A stretch of DNA of 64,000 nt from Botryllus schlosseri. Taxonomy: Eukaryota. The notes beneath the pieces are model-generated. The model saw only the letters and a program-made list of their open reading frames with translations, made no database searches and was not told the DNA's origin. Shown one piece after another: positions 13,201 to 25,200 of the stretch. The stretch is from the NCBI GenBank assembly GCA_051294905.1, contig CM119372.1, positions 8,930,001 to 8,994,000 on the forward strand, given 5' to 3'. The position numbers and the translations under genes are program-made. How positions within the stretch are numbered: the first letter of the stretch is position 1; every line of letters begins with the position of its first letter.

Positions 13201-16200
13201 GTCATCCACTCACTCAGACGTAAAAGGATCTAGTGGATTCATGGCTCCAGAAGTCTTGAAGTTTATGTTGGGACCAATGAAACAAGGGACCAGTGACAAA
13301 ATGAAAATTAGAAAGGTTAGAGAATTCAGTAGGCTATGTATATTGTGTCTGATTGGATAATCTATTTGTTTCGACGCAACCAACCGATGCATATTTTTGT
13401 CGTCTAACTCTGTATTTATTGGGCCAGTCGTTGGATAAAGGACGGTTTATTTTCAAAGCCATAAACTCCCGTCAGTATTTTATATCCGAACCGCACCCGG
13501 ACAAAAAATGTTTATTTATGCGAGATAGTAAGTAACCTTGCTAAGAGTCAAACCTGAGATAACGTTTGTTTGATGCTGGAAACCCCTGGAGACTGCACAA
13601 GTGCACATTTATTGATGAGTGATATATTCATTGCAATTATAAGTAATATTGGACTTGCAAACTATGACCCAGGTGGATGGGGCGGGTCATCGATGTCCGG
13701 AATCGTATGATATTTTGTAAAGCTGCTGCTAGCTATAATAACCTTCACAGACAATTTGGTACATGTCTCGTGGGAACTAATGGATCATGAATACTTCAGC
13801 GGCAAATATATATCTTTCCTGCATGGCTACTATAGGAAGTGATGACTCCTTGTCAAATCATTAGAATGACTATTTTGGTCATGAAATATTTCTGGAGATT
13901 ATATTTGGTCCAACAATCCGATTTCCACTGTTTAAGTGGAAAACGGCAGGTTGCTGACAATATGTTACTGAAATATATGAGACTATTGCATCAGCTACCG
14001 GAAATATCTGTCGTATAATTCCAAGTTTGTACATATTAATGAATCATTCAGTTTTCACTTACCCAGATGTCCGCTCAGACTTGGTTTCCATTTTGAAAAT
14101 ATGTTGAATTAGTAGAAAGGGGTAACAAATACACTGGATAAAAGAGTTTTATTTCCTGCAAGGCCACAAGGGGATGTAGCAGATCTGGCTTCAAACCGAA
14201 ATTGCTGATTTAGCATTGTTTATATGAGGATCAGTAATTAGGTCACAAGCATTACCGAATATCATTTTTGGCGCAGAACCCTGAAATCTACTGTTCAAAT
14301 GTTGTTCTCAACGTGGGTGATATCACCCCCCAGTGGGCAAATTTGAGAAACAAGGGCCGAAAATACAAAAGGGGTGATCGTGATAGGGGGGTGAAAACGT
14401 CCAGTGAGAAATAGGCCTATTTAATTAACACGGCCTAAAAATGCATATGAAAACGGCTTATTCTTTATATGATGTGAAAGTTGATTAAAAAAATGATCAA
14501 CCCAATGGAAAGCAGTCGCGGATCGCTGTTTTCTGATCACCTTCTTGGAAAAAATGACCTTTTTTGTCAATTCACCAGCAATCGGAGTTTAGTGAATAAA
14601 TTTCCCGTTTATATGTTCTCTTTTTCGGATTCGTAAATATCGGGGGGGGGGGGGGGGCGAAAATTTATGACAAGCTTGGGAGATAAAACTTTTTCACTCC
14701 GTAATATCTCTGCAGACTGAATCTGATTGCATATTCACTAAGCCCTGGATCTCAGAGTGAGGGGCTCCTACTCCGTGAAACTGTACTTTATTTTCAATTG
14801 AAATTTATATTGCCCGCCCGAGTTTATTTAATGAGATTAAAATCATTATATATTTTTAGGAGGCTGATATCTTTTCATTGGGAATCATTTTCTATTTCAC
14901 GCTCAGTGGTGGCAAACATCCATTTGGTAATGATTCTCTGAAACAAGATGAAAATATCAGAGACAATGTTCCCGACCTGGTCGAGCTGAAACCTGAATGT
15001 AAGCGAGAATGCCGTTTTTATGTATCTTCATTTGAAATTTTAAGCCTCCTGTGCGGAGGAATTGTTTTACTCATCATCTGAAATAGTATGGAATCTGAAC
15101 TGTTTCGGCACGCTTGAAGGCGCTGTGAAAAAAGATGTGGTTTTCTGAAATTATTACTGCACTAAATATATTGCATGTCTTTTCCTAATAAACCAAAATT
15201 CTGTGTAAATTGTGTGAGAGATATTTTTTAATGCAGATGAACATGACGCAAAGGAGTTGATATTGGCCATGTTGCGAAAAAAGCCAGAGAAACGAATTAC
15301 TGCGGCAGCTACAAAAGTGCACTTTCTCTTTTGGAAGGCGTACATAACATTGGAATTTTATCAAGTAAAGGTCTCTAGCAACAACAATTCCTTTATACGC
15401 TCATGTTATTTTGTGATTTAGAATGTGTCCGATATTCTCAATGATAAAGGTAAACATCAAGATGTAAAAAATAAACTCGAAAAAGGCGGCAGGGATATTA
15501 CAAAAGGAAACTGGCAAGAGGTATTGCAACGTGACAAACCTGCCATTGCTAAGAATTTGGAAGGCTCAAAAAAGAAGACTATCTTTGACCTAATCAGAAA
15601 AATACGAAATTGGGTAAGGTTTGACTGATTTCTGATCTCATCTCAAATTCACATATATTTCAACATTGATATTTTCTTTACCTCAAGGCGCATCATTATA
15701 ATGATGATGATACTTCTGACGAAATAAGATCAGACTTGGGACCCTATCCAGATGGTATAGTGGAACTGTTCAAAAGTCGATTCCCATGTCTCTTGCGACA
15801 CACTTATCATGTAATGAGCAATTTGAAAGATAATGACAGGCTCAGGAAATATTATGATGACAGGTTACTATACAACAATGTACTGTGGTTATAGTCATGC
15901 CTCATTGAAATTCTTTTTCATATTATCACAGTGTAACTGTATCAAAGCCTACGAAAGTCGTAAAAGTGGACAAACTGGCATGTATGAATCTGATGCAGCA
16001 GCTCTGGAACAAGCCATGACTCAATATCACTAACATTATGGAAATTTAGGCTTCAATTATGGCTTCAAACAATTCTTGACTTCTGCTCTTGACCTGCATG
16101 AATTGTTGCAGAGCTGCATCATGACTTTAGCACAATATGGTTTTAATGATACCTCCTTACATAGGCACTTTCTCCAAAACACTTGATGACAGTGACGATA

Positions 16201-19200
16201 TCCTTGCTTTGGTAAGTATACAATAATAGAATCTTTAAAAAATATCTCGATTTTACTGTTTTGATTGAAAATTTTAGGATTCAGAGGATGACGTTCCGTC
16301 TGAGGGTAAATATAAATATTTGATGACAGAACACACAGCTAACTCTGTGATATACATATTTCAAAGGCGAAGTTCTGGATATTGAACCGAGAAAATACCA
16401 GTTGGAGTTGGCTGAACAGGCAAAGCAAGGTCATAATTCCTTGATCATAGCTCCAACAGGTTGGTGTCAGGATATGTTCAGTTCATTGCTATGATAGTGA
16501 CCCTAATAGTTGAGTAAAAGCACTGACACATGTTCATCTTATAGTTACTCATTTTTTGATCCAACTGATATAAATGTTAGATTTCTTCCATTACAACATC
16601 CATTGCAGTCATACATTTATTATAAGTCAAGGACTTGTCCGTTGCATCTTATAAAGAGTTATCGGCACTCTAAAGGATTTCGCACAGATTTAAAACTAAA
16701 ACCCATATGGAAAATATGACAGAACAATCAGAATTACAGGTTATGAATTGCCCATTGTAAAAATGGTGACAACAAACTTTGAAGTATACGACATAATAAC
16801 AGCAACACTAAATGTAAAAACAACTGACGACAACCACAAAACAAATCAAACTAGTGAGAGATTTTCAAGTTCTACAGTAATTCTTTTTGCCTACATAGAC
16901 TTGGTTTTATCAACTCAATAATTTTGGCATCACTATGCCGGAGACTATGTAACAAACGCACTACCTGAGTCAAAGGAAGCCATTGGTCATGCGGAATTGA
17001 TCCGCCTCGCCAACATTTTCTCTTGACTCAGTTGGTGCAGTTATAATTAGTCAGCCTTAAAGATTACCGGACCTCGATCTGACATATCGATCTCTCTATC
17101 GACACGCATCGTTCATTTTCATCACTAGTCGTGTTTTATTACTCCTTATTTATTTCCATCCATTGTGCATACCTTGTATTCCCATCACCTAGTCCCTAGA
17201 CCCAGTGGCGTAGTAGCCTCTCTTGAGGCTTCTTTCTCAAGCGATATAGAACTTTTGGGACGCGGCACATTATTTTTACCGAAAAGATTGCTTGAAAATG
17301 AAACGATTTCAAAATTTGCTGCAGTCAACTTGAGGAGGGCGGCATTTTCAACAAAAGCCTGCCTATGCTCCTAAGCCACTGCCTAGACCCAGTTGAGTTC
17401 ATCTTTTCGTTGTATCACAGTGTTGTGCCCGTTGTAGTGTTTTGAAATGATAAAATTGCAATAAACTGATACTGATAACATCAATCACATATTATAGGCT
17501 ATTAATATTCTATTTCACCACTCTGTATGCTGTGATAAAACGGATCCGCATCACCAATACTTCCTCTGACTCAGTTGGTACACTTGTAACATCAATCACT
17601 TATATTGAACATTCTATTTCACAGGCTCTGGTAAGACGGTGGTTGCATATGAGATAATCAGACACCATCTGCTGCAAAGCCATGCCAAATCTATACTGTT
17701 TTTCGTATCCAAAACAACACTGGCCTTGCAACAGCATCGATTTTTTGAGCTGTAAGTAGGCTAAAGATTTCTTGTGTAAAATGGTAAATAGGCTGCACTA
17801 TTTAGCTGTTTGAAGACACTTGATAAGGGTGAAATTGGATATATCATCGGCGAAAACTCGACACATGCACCAACAGGGGCTGTCCTCAAAGGACGAAGAC
17901 TAGTTATCCTCACGCCACAAATTTTGATTGATGAATTGAAAAGGTTTGTTCCAGCTGTGAATTCCTTTTCAGTACACTTTTTGATTTTTGCTGTGTGACA
18001 ATACAGAAGTCGGACATCCGTCAAGTTCAGTGATTTTTCTTTACTTATATTTGATGAATGTCACAATGCAACCAAGAAGCATCCTTATAAGCAAGTAATG
18101 GATTTGTTTCTGGATAGTCGGACGAACGACAGTGGAAATGTGCAGGTATCATGAATAGGTCCTTATGTTTTATAACTTTTGACTATGAATATCCCATTCC
18201 ATGAAGTGATCTTTGGAATAAATACTGCAGAATGCAGATATGTTACTATCTATCTATGTGTTCTACCAAGTTTGTTTTTCATATCAATTTATTGGAATAC
18301 TAATATCCACAAAACTTGATTTCTATATTAGTTGTGAAAACTCTTCTACCTACCTATTAACACTGTTGACATTCCTCACCCAGAGATTGCTTCATTGATT
18401 TACAACTATCATTTACATTTCTTCAATTCCCTTTTTCTTAATTAGCATTTGCTACAGTCAGATTGTGTAGAGACAATGTATCTGTTTGATGTGGGTGTGA
18501 TCAGAGTAGTTGAGCTCAAAGATGTCATTGATCATTCATATCCTATACCGAATACTGTGCATGCCGATTTTTCTGTACCATCATTGTTGTAGTCTGATTG
18601 TTCTGTATTTCGGTTAGATCAGTGGTTCCCAACGTGGGCGATATCGCCCCCCAGGGGGCGATTTGGCGGTCTAGGGGGGCGAAAATGACGAAGGGGGCGA
18701 TAGGGGGGCGTAAACGGAAGAAGGGGGCGATGGGGGGCGAAAACAACGAAGGGGGCGATGGCGCGTTAAAACGGCTATATTGGAGTCGGGACCGTAACTA
18801 CCGCACCCCAAATCCCCCAATTGGGAGTGGAGGGCCCGAAATCGAAGGAAGCCCAATTTATTTCGTGAATTGACATGAATGATGAGTAATTTTTTAGAAA
18901 TTCATGCGACTTTTTAAAAAGTTAAAAAGTCATGTATCTTGATGTTGGGGTCCCCGTCACCCAATAAAAATACGCATGATTTATGGAAATGGGAGACTTC
19001 GGCGTCGGCCATTACTGCGCCACGACGCACCAAGACATATGAAGTTAGAGGCCATGTAACATGCGACTCCGAGAAGTGTGCCAGAACGATCAGCAGCGAG
19101 AAGACCTATAGTCCGAAAGGAATGCCCTTGTGCTGACCGAAAACTTCGATATATATACAATATATGTTTAACTGTCCATTGGCGCGTCGAATGTTCCTGT

Positions 19201-22200
19201 CCTGGCGACCTTAACCCTACAGGACAAATGCCAACCCGCAAGGAAAAAATTATTTGACAGTAAAGATATACCAATATGAAATCATGTGCGTCTTTTAGTT
19301 TGGTACGTTTTGACGATTTCCATATCTTCTGGCATAGTAGATATAGGAGGTCACGAAATATTATCATGTAAAGAAGTCAATATAACAACGATTCCGCCGA
19401 AGATGTTTAATTATTATTTAAGGGTCCTACCTTTTCCAACATACCACATCGACCATATTGACCGATTCAACCATGAGTTCTATAAATTTGTCGCGCTTCG
19501 CTCGTTTAGGCGAAATACGGTGACTCAACAAACAGTACATGAAATAGGGTAGGCCTATAGCTGATATGTAGCGATAAAAAGCCCACTGGCTAAGGGGGGT
19601 CTGGGGTTTGGTTTATCACCATATGGGGCCAAAGACCAACGTTTTTTTTTCGTTGGGGGGGGGGGGTGACGAAGTACTGTTTTTCGGTTCCCGATATTTG
19701 GGGGGCGATGATCGGTGTGGAGCTTCAAAAGGGGGCGATGAGTCGAAAAAGGTTGGGAACCACTGGGTTAGATGTAAATAAAGACTCTCTCTCTCTCTCT
19801 CTCTCTCTCCTAGCGATTAAGACTGGTGTTGTTATTCATGGCTGCCTCACTACCCATACTGCATTCAAATTCTGCAACTCCTAATTTGATCTCTTATCCA
19901 ATAATTATTTGGTTTTGCTTGCCTTTCACTTGAATCGATAAAATGCAACATGGACTCTAATTTGCTGCTATTTTTTTGTATGAGTTTAGTCGTAGGGATT
20001 GCTTGACTGAAATACTACTTGGCATTCACATTTTTCAGCTCTCACCATGTCACAAAACATATGGTGGCCATAAGCTCTTTAACTAAATCATAGAAAACCA
20101 TAACGTAATTTAACCAAGTCAATCATTTGACAAGAGGTCCGAGTTAAGTTTTGCTGGTGACGCCAATTACAACCACTTCAGAAGCACCAACTTCAAGTTA
20201 GTGTTTTCCACTTGAGATCATTGGAATGACAGCATCTCCTGGCGTGGGTCGTGGCAAGACGAGAGAAAAGGTTCTTGAAAACCTTACCACCCTTTTGGCA
20301 AATCTCAACGTTATGGATTGCCCGAACACTGTCGAAACCCATATCGAGGAATTGAAAGAGCATCAAAACGAAATAAAAGAAAGTAAGATGCATGAATACA
20401 CGAGATACTAGAGACACGTGCTAAAACAAGTGCACTAGTGATTGGGTTGTTTTCCAAATGTATACATGTCAAATGCAGCAATCCGGTGTTACAATCCTTT
20501 AGCCCACATGAGAGTAAAGATTCAAGATGATGAATATACGCGGAAAATACAGAAAGCCATGCGTTTGATCGAGAATGAAATTCGTAATGAGGATATGTTT
20601 GGGAGCGCACGTGAGGGAGAATTGTTTTAATACCGTAGTTGTTTTTCAGATTATTTATTCCATTTCTTCTACACACATATGCTCTTCTAATTGATATTAT
20701 TTATTTAGTAACTATTAGAATCAGTAGGAGTAGAACTAATAATAATGAATACTAATTAACCTGAAAAGTAAGAAACTGATATTGTGAATTTTTCGTAGGT
20801 ATGGTGTCGCCATCCATTGTGTTTGATTTTGGCACTTTTTTCTCATCGAGTTCCACAGACTGGAAAACAATTAATCGTGTACCAACTGTATAAAATTATT
20901 ATGGATTTTGCAACCAAATTTCAGAGAAGTAGAGTTCGTATTTGTGACAAAATGAAATATGAAGTATTGATGTAGTATTTCGGAATATCTTGTACAATAG
21001 ATGTGAATTTGTGTTTCATTGATTTACAAATTGACCTATACTTCTTTTTTAATATGCAATTCAGAAAACCAGATTCGGGAACCACCACATGATAAGAGTA
21101 AACAATCGTACGAATTGTGGGTAATGGAACTCATCAAGCATGTGAAAATAAAAATCACCGACTCCGAACGTGCCAGGACAGTATCCATTTACGCGATGCA
21201 TTTGAAAGTGTGTTTTCTGCGCCGCTGATTTTATCATAATGTGACATTCATACAATCATGTCTAGATGTACTACAAGCTGCTGTATTTGAAGAATCACAT
21301 ACCACGTGCTATTGATTATACAGATACCCTGGTATCCATAGATCAAAACAGTCAGCAGGGAGAATTCTTGAGGAAAATCAATTACGGTAGGAAAATATTT
21401 ATGATATAAAAGAATGAAGACAGTCAATTTGCTCATTTTATCAATATCATGACTTTACAGACTTTGGCTATAGATTATCGACAGAATATTATATTGAGGG
21501 GCCATATTACATATCACCATATCAAAAATCATCTCTTGCGCGAAGATTTTCCAAAGCTCCTTGATACTCGTCATACAGCAATTACGCAATGTATACTGCA
21601 AATCAACATAAATCTCATTTGTAGTCACTGTGAAAAAGACATTAAGGCACAAATATTTGCAGAGTTAGGTCCAAATCGGTATGGTTTTCTATACTTCAGT
21701 TCGTGGCTTTCACACAAGATTTTTCTGTTTCGCGATTTCATTATCGTTTATCTTCACCTCCTGCCTTGAAATCCTTGTTTTTGTTATAATTTACAGAAGT
21801 GATTTTCGCAATATTAGCTCTGTAACTTTAGTTTTGTCAAATATCATGGATACTGTAACAATCACAGTATGCCTTAACAGCATGATAAATATCCGATCTG
21901 TAAATTTTTTTTTATACCCAATTCTTTCCTAGCCACGTTAATTGGTGTTCAAGAGTACGCGTGAAGCGAGATACATTGACACTTTGGAAATTTCAGCTTT
22001 GCGAAACGCATCCATCAACAGCAAAGTTCCGATGCTGGAAAAGTTATTTGAAGAATTGCGAAAGCAATTCGACAGCCAGCCGGATTCAAAGTGCATCATA
22101 TTCGTACCCCGTAAGAAGATTGCTAAAGCGTTGACGGAGAGCATCAAAAACGATGAAACTTTGCACTATTTGAATCCTGAATATATTACCGGCAGTAACG

Positions 22201-25200
22201 AAAACGAGGCGTCAGGAGGTGAGGCAGGTGTAAAGTCCAATCAACACCGTGTAACGGTAAATTCCTAGGAATGACAAAGCCTGAACAGGGAAGTACTATC
22301 GAGGTGTTCCGCACCGGTAAGTGCAAAGTCCTCATATCAACTTCTGTGGCGGAAGAGGGACTGGATATCCGTGCGTGTAACTTGGTGATCATGTACAACT
22401 ATGTCACGGGAGAAGTGGGGCGTATCCAAAGAGCTGGCAAGTCATGACGGCTAGGGCTGGACAAGATTGAGTGGCCGAGTGATATGATACCGAATTGAGT
22501 ATTGTGCGTTGAGTCGAATATTTGAGTATCATTCATTATGATGCCATAAACATCACAGCTAATTTTGAAGTTCAAATATGTAGCATTCAGTTCGTTTGCT
22601 TATTTTAGAAATTTTCAAGTTATAAACACCACAAGATTCAGAGGTGGTCAGTAACGAAGTACTTCTACTTTTTGAAGTACTTGAAGTAGATTTTGCCTAC
22701 TCAAACTACTTTTTAAGTAATTATGATTTTAGACTACTTCTACTTCTACAACAGTTTTCAGTTTCGTAGGCAAAAATAAGCGTAGAATATCTACTTACCT
22801 ACTTGTGAACCACCACTCCTACTTCTACTCGAGTAGAAATCCGGCGTTACTTCTACTTCTACTTGAGTAGCGATTGTGACTACTTTGACCTCCTCTGACA
22901 AGATTACAATAGAATGAAAAGATAGGAAGGCGTCAAAACAACTCGGAGCTGTCTTTTATATCAGACACCGACCTGGGATTAGAACATAAATATAAGAGGC
23001 ATGCACACCGAATGAAAAGTAATGCATGATAATTAGGGCGACTTTTTACCTTAAAAAAGGATGATTTTGACCTAAGAAAGCAAAATTTTGACATTTTTTT
23101 ACCTTGGAAAACTCAATTTTGACAAAATTTTGCCCTCGTGTATGTAAATTAGGTGTTTTCGCACATAGTGTTAGAATTGTACTACTTATCTTCATTTCTG
23201 GTTGGAACTGTCTGTCCTTACAAAGTAGTTTGGCCTGAAAAAACTTTTTTGACTTGAAAACTGACCAATTTTTACATTAAAAAAACTTTATTTTAACGAA
23301 ATCTGGACCTATGAAGAATTCCAGTAGTTACACAATTAAAATTTTTTGTAGTACAGCGAAAAATCCTTTCCTACGTTCTCGGGTAGAAAGTGTCTGTCCT
23401 TACTAAGTAGCTTGCCAAGAGTTAGGACATTGCGGCACGTTGAGCAGACAATGGGCGGTCTACAGCGGTAGGCCTACACAGAAGGCTACAAGCTGTAAAA
23501 TGTCAAATGATAAGTTAACTGACAGTGCAAACATCTACGATACAAACAAAATTCAGGTTGCAAAAAATTTCTACTTTGTAAACCATTTTTAACAATTTTT
23601 TGACCTAATGCTACAATTTTTACTTTTTCTGACATGCCAAAAATAATCCCCGTAATGATATCATAAAAAGGACAAGCCATGAAAATGAGCAACCACAAAG
23701 AAATTATTCCCACTTACACGCCACATTAAAGATAATAATCTGTTCTTTTTTCGTGCACATTCTGAGCACGTGGACATTCTGAGAATGTTGCAAATCGATC
23801 ATGACTTCACAGAACGCCACCAACGTGCGTTGCTTTGTGCAACATATTTTGTGTTCTGTAAAACTGATGTAGATTTCAAGCAGGAAGCATGTATTGAAAC
23901 TAAAAGATTCTCGCTGATATCATAACGCTTACTGGAAAGAGACACATAGCTTCAGTACTCGCAAAAATATTCTTTCACTGCTCGACTCGAATCAATCAAA
24001 CAATCCTCAATTCGGATCTGAGTACTCGAATCATCTTGCCCAGCCCTACTCATGATGTATACTTGCCGTCTTAATCTCAACTGTCAATAACACAGGTAGG
24101 GGACGTGCCGAAAATAGCAAATCTATTTTGATCGCGCCATACGGAGGTGAGCAAATCGAGAGAGAGAGGAGGAACGCGGATTGCGCTCGTGCCAGCGACG
24201 ATGCGATTGCTGATTTGAGAGAGTTGTCTGACGACGAAAGAATCAAGAGAGTACAGCAAAAAAAAAGGCGTACAATTGTTTTCTCGACTTCACTCATTTC
24301 GTTTTGGCAGATTCTGAAAACTCAAAGAAAGCAAGCCCGCGACAGACAGCAAGAAAGAGAAGAATCGGAGAGACGTCTCCAGGAAGCTAAAAAGTGGCGA
24401 GTGCTTTGTGGTTATTGTCACACGCAAATCACGACTGCCGATCAAATCAGAGAAATCAAAGAAAAAGTATGCCTCGATCGATTTTTTTTTTGCTGAATTT
24501 CCAATTTGGTCTGTATGTGTATGAGTTTGTTTGGCTGGAAAGGTACGAGAATGCAATTGGGTGTAAATGAGTGTATATAACAGGGATGGGCAAACTTTTG
24601 AGCTCGCGGTCCGCATTCAACATATGAATCCATTCGCAAGCCGCACTATATAAAATTGGGATCATAAACCAAAACAAAATATTGATATTTGATTATATAG
24701 TGAGGACAGGGAGATAATATATATGCTTATTTAAAACAAGCCAAACATTGCTTTGATGATATCGTACACGCGTCAGAAACATATAGTGGCAAGATTTCAT
24801 ATGCTGGCGGACCTCAATTACCAATTTGTCAAAACTATAGAGATGAAAGTCGGTTGGCCCGATTCTTAGAACAGGATTGAAATTTAAATCTGTGAGCAGC
24901 GATCTGTTCATAGATTTACTAATTCCACTTTTGGTTCAGTTCCAGGACACACAATGCTGACAGCATCATAACCATGTTAGCTTCAAACACGCTTCTACTA
25001 TGTATAGATAAAATATAAATACCCCAATTCTATGCATACAGACAACGAATCTACCTAACACACGCCCGAATCGTTTTTATAGGCACACCACTGAAATAAT
25101 TCAAAATCGAGTGGCCAATCTGAAATCCCACTCGTGATCCAAATTATGTCAATCTTGTTGCAGCTATCCCGCGGTGATAATAAGTATTTAGCTTAGATCA

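Larger units (their letters stand above)
1246..15364 (+). other. Gene A kinase domain exons (IRE1 family)
   Basis: [34 protein letters not shown] (exon 4579-4693, in a frame not shown in the ORF track), [53 protein letters not shown]. These match IRE1 kinase signatures. Confidence 0.93.

Noticed and set aside
1246..15894. Canonical IRE1 or RNase L as a stand-alone gene next to a separate RIG-I gene
   Set aside because: No luminal, TM or ankyrin exons are visible. In both copies the KEN exon connects in frame to the helicase within about 0.5 kb, and the helicase has no start codon of its own. Not formally excluded without transcripts.
18543..19884. Short ORFs such as [14 protein letters not shown] recurring at 8.8, 18.6, 37.4 and 39.0 kb
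   Set aside because: They are translations of GC-rich MITE ends, not genes.
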